DNA of 64,000 bases, from the NCBI GenBank assembly GCA_032718475.1, contig JAUCBJ010008725.1, forward strand, positions 1 through 64,000. Reading direction: 5' to 3'. The stretch is from Nemertoderma westbladi (lineage: Eukaryota; Animalia; Xenacoelomorpha). A program made the translations under genes and the position numbers. The notes under the pieces are model-generated. The model did no database searches, was not told the origin of the DNA, and saw only the letters and a list, made by a program, of their open reading frames with translations. This document shows positions 11,090-25,413 of this stretch, piece after piece; within the stretch, counting starts at the first letter, position 1, and the number at the start of each line of letters is the position of its first letter.

Positions 11090-14000
11090 TTGACTCAAAT
11101 AGGTTGTTAGTGTCCCATATAGGGTGTTTGTGTCCCATATAGGTTGATTTTGTCCAAAATAGCCTGTAGCTTTATCAAAATTATTTCAAATAGTTTATAA
11201 ATGTAAAGGAATACTGAAAAGAATATTGACTTCATAATCATAGCTTTAATTCCAATTTGTCCCAAATAGGTTGTTTATGTACCATATAGGGTGTTTGTGT
11301 CCCACACAGGGTGTTTTTATACCAAATAGCATGTAACTTTCTCAAAATGATTTTACATAGTTTATAAAAATGATGGAAATACTCAAAAGAAAATAGAATC
11401 CACTATCATAGCTTTAATTTAAATTTGTCACAAATAGGTTGTTTATGTCCCATATAGGGTGTTTGTGTCCTGTATAGGGTGTTTTGTCCTGAATAGGGGA
11501 ATACAGCTTGCCAACACATTGTTGCTGAATAGGGTGTACATTTCTTATAATGATTTTAAATTGTTTCTAAATGTAATGGAATACTCAAAAGAAAATATAA
11601 TTCACTATCATAGCTTTAATTTAAATTTGTCACAAATAGGTTGTTTATGTCCCATATAGGGTGTTTGTATCTCATATAGGGTGTTTGTGTCCCAAATAGC
11701 GTGTGACTTTCTCAAAATGATTTTACATAGTTTATAAATATAATGGAATACTTAAATTCAATACTTCGTTTGAGTATTCCATTATATTTATAAACTATGT
11801 AAAATCATTTTGAGAAAGTCACACGCTATTTGGGACACAAACACCCTATATGAGATACAAACACCCTATATGGGACATAAACAACCTATTTGGGACAAAT
11901 TTAAATTAAAGCTATGATAGTGGATTCTGTTTTCTTTTGAGTATTTCCATTATATTTATAAACTATGCAAAATAATTTTGAGAAAGTCATACTTTATTTG
12001 GCACACAAACACCCTATATGGGACAAAAACAACCTATTTGGGACAAATTTAAATTAAAGCTATGATAATGAATTCTATATTCTTTTGAGTATTCCATTAC
12101 ATTTCGAAACTATTTGAAATCTATTATAAGCACTTCACACCCTTTACAGGACACAAACACCCTATATGGGACAAAAACAACCTATTTGGGACAAATTGAA
12201 ATTAAAGCTATGGTAGTGAATTCTATATTCTTTTGAGTATTCCATGAGATTTAGAAACTAATTAAAATCACTTTGAGAAAGTAACATGCTATTTGGGATA
12301 CAAACACCCTATATGGGACACAAACAACCTATTTGGGACAAATTTAAATGAAAGCTATGATAGTGAATTCTATTTTCTTTTAAGTATTCCATTACATTTC
12401 GAAACTATTTGGAATCATTATAAGCACTTCATACCCTATACCGGACACAAACACCCTATATGGGACACAAACAACCTATTTGGGACAAATATAAATTAAA
12501 GCTATGATAGTGGATTCTATTTTCTTTTGAGTATTTCCATTATATTTATAAACTATGTAAAATAATTTTGAGAAAGTCATACGCTATTTGGCACACAAAC
12601 ACCCTATATGGGACAAAAACAACCTATTTGGGATAAATTTAAATTAAAGCTATGATACTGAATTATATTTTCGTTTGAGTATTCCATTATATTTATAAAC
12701 TAAGTAAAATCATTTTGAGAAAGTCACACGCTATTTGGGACACAAACACCCTATATGAGACACAAACACCCTATATGGGACATAAACAACCTATTTGGGA
12801 CAAATTTAAATTAAAGCTATGATAGTGGATTCTATTTTCTTTTGAGTATTTCCATTATATTTATAAACTATGTAAAATAACTTTGAGAAAGTCATACTTT
12901 ATTTGGCACACAAACACCCTATATGGGACAAAAACAACCTATTTGGGACAAATTTAAATTAAAGCTACGATAATGAATTCTATATTCTTTTGAGTATTCC
13001 ATTACATTTCGAAACTATTTGAAATCTATTATAAGCACTTCACACCCTTTACAGGACACAAACACCCTATATGGGACAAAAACAACCTATTTGGGACAAA
13101 TTGAAATTAAAGCTATGATAGTGGATTCTATTTTCTTTTGAGTATTTCCATTATATTTATAAACTATGTAAAATAATTTTGAGAAAGTCATACTTTATTT
13201 GGCACACAAACACCCTATATGGGACAAAAACAACCTATTTGGGACAAATTTAAATTAAAGCTATTATAATGAATTCTATATTCTTTTGAGTATTCCATTA
13301 CATTTCGAAACTATTTGAAATCTATTATAAGCACTTCACACCCTTTACGGGACACAAACACCCTATATGGGACAAAAACAACCTATTTGGGACAAATTGA
13401 AATTAAAGCTATGGTAGTGAATTCTATATTCTTTTGAGTATTCCATGAGATTTAGAAACTAATTAAAATCACTTTGAGAAAGTAACACGCTATTTGGGAC
13501 ACAAACACCCTATATGGGACACAAACAACCTATTTGGGACAAATTTAAATGAAAGCTATGATAGTGAATTCTATTTTCTTTTAAGTATTCCATTACATTT
13601 CGAAACTATTTGGAATCATTATAAGCACTTCACACCCTATACCGGACACAAACACCCTATATGGGACACAAACAACCTATTTGGGACAAATTTAAATTAA
13701 AGCTATGATAGTGGATTCTATTTTCTTTTGAGTATTTCCATTATATTTATAAACTATGTAAAATAATTTTGAGAAAGTCATACGCTATTTGGCACACAAA
13801 CACCCTATATGGGACAAAAACAACCTATTTGGGACAAATTTAAATTAAAGCTATGATACTGAATTATATTTTCGTTTGAGTATTCCATTATATTTATAAA
13901 CTACCGTATATAAAATCATTTTGAGAAAGTCACACGCTATTTGGGACACAAACACCCTATATGAGACACAAACACCCCATATGGGACATAAACAACCTAT

Positions 14001-17000
14001 TTGGGACAAATTTAAATTCAAGCTATGATAGTGGATTCTATTTTCTTTTGAGTATTTCCATTATATTTATAAACTATGTAAAATAACTTTGAGAAAGTCA
14101 TACTTTATTTGGCACACAAACACCCTATATGGGACAAAAACAACCTATTTGGGACAAATTTAAATTAAAGCTACGATAATGAATTCTATATTCTTTTGAG
14201 TATTCCATTACATTTCGAAACTATTTGAAATCTATTATAAGCACTTCACACCCTTTACAGGACACAAACACCCTATATGGGACAAAAACAACCTATTTGG
14301 GACAAATTGAAATTAAAGCTATGATAGTGGATTCTATTTTCTTTTGAGTATTTCCATTATATTTATAAACTATGTAAAATAATTTTGAGAAAGTCATACT
14401 TTATTTGGCACACAAACACCCTATATGGGACAAAAACAACCTATTTGGGACAAATTTAAATTAAAGCTATTATAATGAATTCTATATTCTTTTGAGTATT
14501 CCATTACATTTCGAAACTATTTGAAATCTATTATAAGCACTTCACACCCTTTACGGGACACAAACACCCTATATGGGACAAAAACAACCTATTTGGGACA
14601 AATTGAAATTAAAGCTATGGTAGTGAATTCTATATTCTTTTGAGTATTCCATGAGATTTAGAAACTAATTAAAATCACTTTGAGAAAGTAACACGCTATT
14701 TGGGACACAAACACCCTATATGGGACACAAACAACCTATTTGGGACAAATTTAAATGAAAGCTATGATAGTGAATTCTATTTTCTTTTAAGTATTCCATT
14801 ACATTTCGAAACTATTTGGAATCATTATAAGCACTTCACACCCTATACCGGACACAAACACCCTATATGGGACACAAACAACCTATTTGGGACAAATTTA
14901 AATTAAAGCTATGATAGTGGATTCTATTTTCTTTTGAGTATTTCCATTATATTTATAAACTATGTAAAATAATTTTGAGAAAGTCATACGCTATTTGGCA
15001 CACAAACACCCTATATGGGACAAAAACAACCTATTTGGGACAAATTTAAATTAAAGCTATGATACTGAATTATATTTTCGTTTGAGTATTCCATTATATT
15101 TATAAACTACCGTATATAAAATCATTTTGAGAAAGTCACACGCTATTTGGGACACAAACACCCTATATGAGACACAAACACCCCATATGGGACATAAACA
15201 ACCTATTTGGGACAAATTTAAATTCAAGCTATGATAGTGGATTCTATTTTCTTTTGAGTATTTCCATTATATTTATAAACTATGTAAAATAATTTTGAGA
15301 AAGTCATACTTTATTTGGCACACAAACACCCTATATGGGACAAAAACAACCTATTTGGGACAAATTTAAATTAAAGCTATGATAATGAATTCTATATTCT
15401 TTTGAGTATTCCATTACATTTCGAAACTATTTGAAATCTATTATAAGCACTTCACACCCTTTACGGGACACAAACACCCTATATGGGACAAAAACAACCT
15501 ATTTGGGACAAATATAAATTAAAGCTATGATAGTGGATTCTATTTTCTTTTGAGTATTTCCATTATATTTATAAACTATGTAAAATAATTTTGAGAAAGT
15601 CATACGCTATTTGGCACACAAACACCCTATATGGGACAAAAACAACCTATTTGGGATAAATTTAAATTAAAGCTATGATACTGAATTATATTTTCGTTTG
15701 AGTATTCCATTATATTTATAAACTAAATAAAATCATTTTGAGAAAGTCACACGCTATTTGGGACACAAACACCCTATATGAGACACAAACACCCTATATG
15801 GGACATAAACAACCTATTTGGGACAAATTTAAATTAAAGCTATGATAGTGGATTCTATTTTCTTTTGAGTATTTCCATTATATTTATAAACTATGTAAAA
15901 TAACTTTGAGAAAGTCATACTTTATTTGGCACACAAACAAACACCCTATATGGGACAAAAACAACCTATTTGGGACAAATTTAAATTAAAGCTACGATAA
16001 TGAATTCTATATTCTTTTGAGTATTCCATTACATTTCGAAACTATTTGAAATCTATTATAAGCACTTCACACCCTTTACAGGACACAAACACCCTATATG
16101 GGACAAAAACAACCTATTTGGGACAAATTGAAATTAAAGCTATGATAGTGGATTCTATTTTCTTTTGAGTATTTCCATTATATTTATAAACTATTGTAAA
16201 ATAATTTTGAGAAAGTCATACTTTATTTGGCACACAAACACCCTATATGGGACAAAAACAACCTATTTGGGACAAATTTAAATTAAAGCTATTATAATGA
16301 ATTCTATATTCTTTTGAGTATTCCATTACATTTCGAAACTATTTGAAATCTATTATAAGCACTTCACACCCTTTACGGGACACAAACACCCTATATGGGA
16401 CAAAAACAACCTATTTGGGACAAATTGAAATTAAAGCTATGGTAGTGAATTCTATATTCTTTTGAGTATTCCATGAGATTTAGAAACTAATTAAAATCAC
16501 TTTGAGAAAGTAACACGCTATTTGGGACACAAACACCCTATATGGGACACAAACAACCTATTTGGGACAAATTTAAATGAAAGCTATGATAGTGAATTCT
16601 ATTTTCTTTTAAGTATTCCATTACATTTCGAAACTATTTGGAATCATTATAAGCACTTCACACCCTATACCGGACACAAACACCCTATATGGGACACAAA
16701 CAACCTATTTGGGACAAATTTAAATTAAAGCTATGATAGTGGATTCTATTTTCTTTTGAGTATTTCCATTATATTTATAAACTATGTAAAATAATTTTGA
16801 GAAAGTCATACGCTATTTGGCACACAAACACCCTATATGGGACAAAAACAACCTATTTGGGACAAATTTAAATTAAAGCTATGATACTGAATTATATTTT
16901 CGTTTGAGTATTCCATTATATTTATAAACTACCGTATATAAAATCATTTTTAGAAAGTCACACGCTATTTGGGACACAAACACCCTATATGAGACACAAA

Positions 17001-18850
17001 CACCCCATATGGGACATAAACAACCTATTTGGGACAAATTTAAATTCAAGCTATGATAGTGGATTCTATTTTCTTTTGAGTATTTCCATTATATTTATAA
17101 ACTATGTAAAATAATTTTGAGAAAGTCATACTTTATTTGGCACACAAACACCCTATATGGGACAAAAACAACCTATTTGGGACAAATTTAAATTAAAGCT
17201 ATGATACTGAATTATATTTTCGTTTGAGTATTCCATTATATTTATAAACTACCGTATATAAAATCATTTTTAGAAAGTCACACGCTATTTGGGACACAAA
17301 CACCCTATATGAGACACAAACACCCCATATGGGACATAAACAACCTATTTGGGACAAATTTAAATTCAAGCTATGATAGTGGATTCTATTTTCTTTTGAG
17401 TATTTCCATTATATTTATAAACTATGTAAAATAATTTTGAGAAAGTCATACTTTATTTGGCACACAAACACCCTATATGGGACAAAAACAACCTATTTGG
17501 GACAAATTTAAATTAAAGCTATGATAATGAATTCTATATTCTTTTGAGTATTCCATTACATTTCGAAACTATTTGAAATCTATTATAAGCACTTCACACC
17601 CTTTACGGGACACAAACACCCTATATGGGACAAAAACAACCTATTTGGGACAAATTGAAATTAAAGCTATGATAGTGGATTCTATTTTCTTTTGAGTATT
17701 TCCATTATATTTATAAACTATGTAAAATAATTTTGAGAAAGTCATACTTTATTTGGCACACAAACACCCTATATGGGACAAAAACAACCTATTTGGGACA
17801 AATTTAAATTAAAGCTATTATAATGAATTCTATATTCTTTTGAGTATTTACATTATATTTCGAAACTATTTGAAATCTATTATAAGCACTTCACACCCTT
17901 TACAGGACACAAACACCCTATATGGGACAAAAACAACCTATTTGGGACAAATTGAAATTAAAGCTATGGTAGTGAATTCTATATTCTTTTGAGTATTCCA
18001 TGAGATTTAGAAACTAATTAAAATCACTTTGAGAAAGTAACACGCTATTTGGGACACAAACACCCTATATGGGACTCAAACAACCTATTTGGGACAAATT
18101 TAAATGAAAGCTATGATAGTGAATTCTATTTTCTTTTAAGTATTCCATTACATTTCGAAACTATTTGGAATCATTATAAGCACTTCACACCCTATACCGG
18201 ACACAAACACCCTATATGGGACACAAACAACCTATTTGGGATAAATTTAAATTAAAGCTATGATAGTGGATTCTATTTTCTTTTGAGTATTTCCATTATA
18301 TTTATAAACTATTTAAAATAATTTTGAGTAAGTCATACGCTATTTGGCACATAAACACCCTATATGGGACAAAAACAACCTATTTGGGACAAATTTAAAT
18401 TAAAGCTATGATACTGAATTCTATATTCTTTTGAGTATTCCATTACATTTCGAAACTATTTGAAATCTATTATAAGCACTTCACACCCTTTACGGGACAC
18501 AAACACCCTATATGGGACAAAAACAACCTATTTGGGACAAATTTAAATTAAAGCTATGATACTGAATTATATTTTCGTTTGATATTCCATTATATTTATA
18601 AACTATGTAAAATCATTTTGAGAAAGTGACACGCTATTTGGGACACAAACACCCTATATGGGACACAAACACCCTATATGGGACACAAACAACCTATTTG
18701 GGACAAATTTAAATGAAAGCTATGATAGTGAATTCTATATTCTTTTGGGTATTCCATTACATTTCGAAACTATTTGAAATCATTATAAGCACTTCACACC
18801 CTATACCGGACACAAACACCCTATATGGGACACAAACAACCTATTTGAGT
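11090..18850. repeat. About 148-bp satellite with 20-21-bp subrepeats and ~1.2-kb higher-order structure
   Basis: The anchor CTATTTGGGACAAA recurs at 11886, 12034, 12182 and 12329. A variant monomer recurs at 12293, 13494, 14700, 16522 and 18049. Confidence 0.95.
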
Positions 18851-20363
18851 CAAATTTAAGACTTATTAAGGACTATTTGGGATGAAGTTGAGTCTGGGGG
18901 AGGAGGTTGCGATATCACTAATTTGATTGTCATTTAATTATTATTATACGAATGTATTTAGATTTATTATATGTGAATAAATTGCACCACATGAATAAAT
19001 TGCACTATGAATAAATTGCACAACATGAATAAATTGCACAATATGAATAAATTGCACAACATGAAATGAAATAACGTGACTATGGTGACACTATAGCCTA
19101 TAATGCATCAGTCTTACAGGCCATTTGCAAGGCACCCACAGTATATCTTTAACCATAACTAGGGAACATGTATTCCAAATGCCCTTATTTAGAATGGGAA
19201 TTTCCACTGTACATATACCTCAACCAGCTCTTGTCCCAAATACGTTGCTCTGTCCAGTATAGGTTGTTATAATGAGCCCCGGATTCGTAGCTGACACTTG
19301 GATTATATATCAGTGGAATTTCCCATTAACCTTTACATTATATACCGGTAGCCAATAAGGGAGATGCCTAACTTTAGGAATGTTGGTATTGGTTCGATGA
19401 CGAGGAGTTGGCTCATATGATGATTTCATTGGATGCCCCTATATTGGACAGGTTGGAAATCATTACACAACGTATTTGGGACAGGTAGGAATAATAGAAA
19501 GCCCCATAGAAGTGAAGGGAAACACCCTATTCTGGACAATGATGTAGACACTACTCTAAAAAGTATGCATGTGATGGGATTAGTCCTACAATTGCGCCAA
19601 TAAAAGATAAGTTATTTTCGGTAAAATAAACTTATCATTAGAGGTTAAGACCTCTAGATCCCTTCCTATAATATAATAAATGTATAATACAAATATATAC
19701 CTGGAAAAATACAGCTTGCCAACACATTGTTACTATCAATAACTGTTAGTTAGGGTAGGTTTCTTAAATATGAAGTTTTTTTCTTCCTATATAGGAAATC
19801 GTGCTTCCTACATGTCCTATATTGCTATAATTAGGCAATTTTTGCGATTTTTCTGAACATTTTCTTCGTCATCTTTTGAAATAAATTTTAGCGAACGTTA
19901 ACGTTAGCGAATCATAACGAAAATTCCAAAAACCCGGTCCGAATAATTCCTAAAACCCGGTCCATAAACTCACGGTCCCAAAAATGAAATGACTAAAATC
20001 TGGTCTCGATCTTAAAGTTAAAATGTCTAAAACCCGGTCCCAAAATCCCGGTCCAATTTTTTTTCTTTATTTTACCGTAGGTCTAGAGTATAGTTTATAG
20101 ATATACATGTTAATTAAAAGCGATCCTAGGCGTACTTATACAGTATCGTGGCTGGGAAATTAGAACCGGGATCTTCCGGTGAATTTAGATCCAAGGCACA
20201 CATGCACTAGATCCTAGACGAACTTATGGCAAACTTAGATACAAGGCAAACTTAGATCCTACAGTAAATGAACTTCTAGTAAATTTAGACGTTGGCGAAC
20301 ATTAGATCCTGGATGAACGTAGCTTAGATCCAAAGCGAACCTAAATAAAGGCAAATTCCATCT

Positions 20364-20552
20364 GGGTGAGTACAAAACAAAGACCAAAGGACACAAGACC
20401 TGTAAAGTCGTGTTATGTCCCAAAGAGCGTTAGGTTCCATTGCCATTTAAAGGAGCAGGTTACAGAGGTGTGTTAGGGGAACTAAACAATTAACGAATGT
20501 TAACACATAGGTGTTTGTACAGGTCTTTTTGGTCTTTGTTTTGTACTCACCC
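20364..20552. mobile_element. Mutator-like MITE (internally deleted copy)
   Basis: TIR GGGTGAGTACAAAACAAAGACC; 9-bp TSD ATTCCATCT at 20355-20363 and 20553-20561. Confidence 0.85.
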
Positions 20553-21408
20553 ATTCCATCTCGGCGAATTAATATCTCGCCTCAAAGTTAAATTATCAAT
20601 GAAGGGAAACTTATAATGACACCGTATTCAAACTAACCCACTAACTTAATCTGTAAAACTGCTTGTAGCTTTGCTAATACTCTTTGTATGTACAGTAGCC
20701 CAATACCATAGTGGAGGAGTTACATTCCCATCATAGTTAGCAATGAAGCTAATAATAGCTGAATACAATAGGTGACAGACAACACTTCACCTTGTGAAAT
20801 GGGACAAATCTGGAATGCGGGGTCATGTTCCCACGGAAGTATCTTGCAGTTTATCACTCAATAGACCGTTGGTACAGTAGCAAAGCTTTTACAAATTGCA
20901 AATCAGGGTCGAGGGTTAAAAAACTGCTGTTGATATTAATAATGGAGACATTACAAACTTATGTAAATTGATACAATATAATAATGCTAGCTTGATCAAT
21001 AACTTCAGTAATGGGGGCCCTACAAGTAAAATAAAGTTATCCTTGAAACACCGGCATGAATAAGATGATGAATAATAAGATGATTAATGTTTGCGCCTCT
21101 ATTAATATTTTCGTTATACTGATTTAAATATTTGAGGCCCTTAATATCTGCGTGCATCAATGTTTATTTCCCTCACTGAATATGTTTGTGCACTGCATTG
21201 AGGCGCACACCACACCACCACTCCCTTTACTGCCTTAAGGAAATATGCATATTATTCATAACATATTAAATCGAAGTTCATTTAACCATCTGAATGGTAC
21301 ACATAAAATGCTGCGTCACGCATGTTCTGTACTCCACTGTACTTACTATATCTTTTGAATGACTATATTGACTACCATGTAAATAATAGAGCGTTAAACA
21401 TGATAAAA

Positions 21409-21769
21409 AGGGTGAGTACAAAACAAAGACCCCATTAAGTAACATGCATAATCTTGTAACATGTATTAAATTTCGTTTATTGTTTTGGTTGCCCCAACAC
21501 GCTGACATGACTCTGTAACATGCTCCTTTACTAAACTGCACCTTTAAATGGCAATGGGACCTAACGCACTTTGGGACCTGTACAAAACAAAGAGGTAAAA
21601 GTCGCGTTAGGTCCCAAAGAGCGTTCGGTCTCAAAGAGCGTTGGATCCCATTGCCATTTAAAGGATCAGGTTACATATGCGTTTTAGGGGAACCAAAACA
21701 ATAAACGAAAGTTAACACATGTGTTTTGTACATGTCTTTGGGTCCTTGGTTTTTGTTTTGTACTCACCC
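21409..21769. mobile_element. Mutator-like palindromic MITE (longer copy of the same family)
   Basis: Same TIR GGGTGAGTACAAAACAAA; 9-bp TSD TGATAAAAA/TCATAAAAA with one mismatch. Confidence 0.8.
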
Positions 21770-22189
21770 TCATAAAAACAGTATACCGGTAACATAAAAT
21801 ATCATGGAAATGTAAGAAAAAATTAGACCGTCTGACCGTGACCGGGTTTTAGACATTTTAACTTTAAGACCGAGACCGGGTTTTAGTCATTAAATTTTAT
21901 GGACCGCGAGTTTATGGACTGGGTTTTAGGAATTATAGGGACCGGGTTTTAGGAATTTTCACGTGGACCATGCTAAAATTGGACCGGCCGGGTTTTAGGT
22001 TCAGTAGACCGAGACCGGGACTGGACCGGGTTTTAGACAGTCCAATTTTAAAAACGTTACTTTTTCCGAGAATTTCTTATATAGGAAATATTTTTTGGAT
22101 TTCCTATTTAGGAGTTTAATTTATTTCCTATTTTAAAAATTTTATGTATATATTTTTCTTAAATAAGAAAATATATTTCCAGCAGTTCA

Positions 22190-22640
22190 TTCCAGATACC
22201 ATGTGCCATGGATACTGGAAACGTTTGAGACCTTCGCGCAGCACTTGGTGTACTGTATCATTGTGTAACAAACAAGCTGTTGAAACTAAAAGACCTTCGC
22301 GCAGCACATGGCGCACTGTAATATTGTATAACAAGCTGTTTGTTGTAACGTTTAATAGACCTCCGCGCAGCATGTGGCTGCGTGGGGCTGTGCCTGTGGG
22401 GTACTGTAACATTGTCTGATTGTGTAACAAACTGTTGAAACGTTTAAGAGACCTTCACGCAGCACGTACATGACGTGGCGCACTGTACCATTGTGTAACC
22501 ATCTGTTGAAACGTTTAAGATACCTTCACGCAGCACTGGGCGCGGGCCCCCCTTAACATTGTGTAGGCCTAACTATCTGTTGAAACGGTTCAAAGGTCTT
22601 CGCGCAGCACATGCACATGAGATACTGAAACAATATATTG
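22190..22640 (-). repeat. About 60-bp tandem repeat, internal to CAGTCGGTG copy B
   Basis: TGTTGAAACGTTTAAGAGACCTTCGCGCAGCAC units; reverse complement of the array at 33710-34760. Confidence 0.85.
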
Positions 22641-23840
22641 ACACGATTAAGACAGTATATTTACCATCATAGCTAACACCCCAATTCATGATATTCACTG
22701 ATTCAATGGGAGTATTCTTTTTAGGCTCGTTAAGCCAAGGAATGCCTGTTCACCACCACCGACTGACCGCTGATATTCCATAGTAAACCTTCCATTATCT
22801 GATTATGTTTTCCCAAGTTGCCTTGGTTCTCATTTATCTGTTTATCGACCACGGAAGAATGAAAGCCAGGGTTGGCCTAGGCTGCAACATTTAACACACT
22901 GTACAGTTGTGCTCAAACTAACAGTGCTGCCCCCGTGCCCCATCTAGGGATCGAAGCAGGGCTTCCAATTGGAAGCCCAGGAATGTCACCAATAGACCAA
23001 GCCTGCAGCGCTGCAAGCTGCTGCTTGTTCTAGGGTCTAGCTGTGCTTCTACCGTAACCGTACAACTGTGGACAGTAGGGCTCGATCGGAGTTGGGATTT
23101 GGCCGGAGCCGGAGCAGGAGCCGGAGTTGGACAATTTGGCCGGAGCCGGAGCAGGAGCCGGAGTTTTTCAAAATTTAAAAAATTTTATTATTTATTTAAA
23201 AAAAAATAAAGTATGGTTATCGTTCGCCAATCGCTCATAATCAATCCTACTGTCAGACTGTAGGTCTAATTAATTTCATAATTTATAGATTTACGAATTT
23301 TCAATTTAAAATTTAAGTAATTAATTTATCACGGACAGACTGCAGACGGCCTGACGCTGACGGCGACGGCCTGACGCTGACGGCAACGGCCTGACGCTGA
23401 CGGCTAAAAATTACCTACAGCTGTACAGTACCTATCTCACTAACTGTCTAACTGTGGTAGAGGTGTGTACCGGTACTGTAGGTAGCCTACCGTAAGTGTA
23501 CCAGTACTGCAGTACAGTATGCTGGCATGACAGCAGTAAATGGCTGCAGTGGTACAGCTGTACAGTCTGACAGTGTACAATCATAGCATTTACAATTTTT
23601 TACAGTAGGGCCTATCTGTCATCTGTAATAGTCTGCTAGTCCGAGTGCTGCGAGTAGGGCTCAACAGAAGCTTCGGCTTCGGTTCGGTTCGGGCCGAAGT
23701 TTGGCAATTTCGGTTCGGTTCGGCTTCTGCAATTGATACTGCAGAAGCCCGGAGCAAACTTTGCTAAATATTCCAAGTAGTACATTGACTGATTGAGCTA
23801 AGCCTAAGACCAGAAGACAGTAAGACTACCGGTAATCAAT

Positions 23841-25369
23841 GGTTCCGCGTCGTTGGGTCCTTTGGTCGTTAGGTCCTGCGTCGTTAGGTCCTGCGTCGTT
23901 AGGTCCTGAGGCATTAGGTCCTGCGACATTAGGTCCTGCGTCATTAGGTCCTGTTGTGTCATATCGTGCGACGTTAGGTCCTGTGGAGCGTCGTTAGGTC
24001 CTGCCTGCCTGCGTCGTTAGGTCCTGTATTGCACTACTGTACAGTGAACAGGCTGACAGCAGGACAGGTACCGGGCAATGTCTTCGAGCAATTAAAGACA
24101 GATGTACCAGTTGTAGGACCACCCGGCGATATACAATTACGTGTTTTCATTGACTACTTTGTGTGGTGGCTGCGCCCTGATATGTTAGAAATATGGAACC
24201 ATTACGACAATAATGGACCACGAACGACCAACCATGCGGAAGGTTATCATAGTGCTCTGCGAACGCATTTCCATCACAAACATCCTGATTTAGGGGAGCT
24301 CCTGTTTGTTGTTCAACAACTTATTCACAACTGCGCAATTCGGGGACGTAAATTATTGGTTGACACAGCTGTAGCCCAACCAAAGCGACCAAGTTATCTA
24401 CGAATTGATCGCGAAATAAAGTTGGCGAGGGATGATCTTGCTTCTAAATTGGACCACATGGCAGACAACATTATTCCAATCCTAATACCCCAGCTACTGT
24501 ATCCATACCTTGATCGAATGGAAAAGTTAGTCGCAGGGAAATCATTGCTGTAAGGATCCAGTTCTTATTGTTGGATTACTACTTAACCGTGAACTTGAAA
24601 GAACTACTTAACTGAGATATTTTTGTATACCGGTACCATTCAAAATCGTTCTAATTTTTACTTTAATCAGTTATTCATTCTTTATAGTGTTGTGTTTGTG
24701 TTATCATATTTTAATGTTGTTGAACATATGTGAAAATATGTGTTAGTAATGTTGAAGATAAAAGTAGTGCGGCTATTTGAATCAAGTTTTGAGTGGGCGT
24801 TTATTTGGGAGCGGGAGGGAGGGGGAACTTTTTTCTATTTATGTGAACTATTTTTGTAGGTCGTATGAGCAGTGCTCATGGGAACTGTGCTAGTCAATTG
24901 GTTTAGGAGAATGGTTTAGGGACGCAGTACTCGTCACCATAGAACATTACAAGCCTCGTTGCGCTCGTCCTGTTTTATCCGAAAATATATTTCATAACGT
25001 AGACTGACGATGAACTGAAGATGACACTGTCGTCACCATAGAACATTACAAGCCTCGTTGCGCTCGACCTGTTTTAGTCGAAAATATTTCTCATAACGTT
25101 AACTTTATAACTATGAAAAATGACAAAATTAAAAATTAAAAAAACTGAAAAATCTGGAAACCCCCCAATCGCCAAAGCCGCAGAGGACCTAATGACGCAG
25201 GACCTAACGACCAAAGGACCTAATGACGCTATTATAGAAGACCTAATGTCGCAGGACCTAATGACGCAGGACTTAACGCCGCAGGACCTAATGCCGCAGG
25301 ACCTAACGACCACTCACAGGACCTAATGACGCGGGACCTAACGACCAAAGGACCTAATGACGCGTTACC
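23841..25369 (+). mobile_element. Mutator/Phantom-like element with 15-bp subterminal tandem repeats
   Basis: Inverted ends GGTTCCGCGTCGTT...AATGACGCGTTACC with (GCGTCGTTAGGTCCT)n arrays; TSD TAATCAAT at 23833-23840 and 25370-25377. Confidence 0.85.
24029..24553 (+). pseudogene. C-terminal fragment of a MULE transposase
   Basis: FIDYF..WW...IWNHY....RTTNHAEGYHSAL...HP matches the RTNNxxExxH motif around the MULE catalytic Glu. The upstream DD residues are missing. Confidence 0.75.
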
Positions 25370-25413
25370 TAATCAATCTGTCCATCGTTGTACTAATTAC
25401 AGAATTAATTTTG

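Larger units (their letters stand above)
9938..19667. mobile_element. Foldback-like giant inverted repeat with an internal satellite
   Basis: 10363-11100 is the reverse complement of about 18840-19553, and about 9938-10066 of 19570-19667. Satellite orientation flips at about 11755-11768. Confidence 0.85.
19920..21960. mobile_element. Inverted-repeat element with AAAACCCGGTCC subterminal repeats (boundaries approximate)
   Basis: 19920-20040 is the reverse complement of about 21840-21960. Weaker inverted similarity may extend to about 19701 and 22182. Confidence 0.65.

Noticed and set aside
11090-18850. CRISPR-like appearance (conserved block alternating with variable block) and repeated 68-aa ORFs
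   Set aside because: The variable parts are homologous monomer variants that recur, not unique spacers. There are no cas genes, the context is eukaryotic, and the ORFs are incidental.
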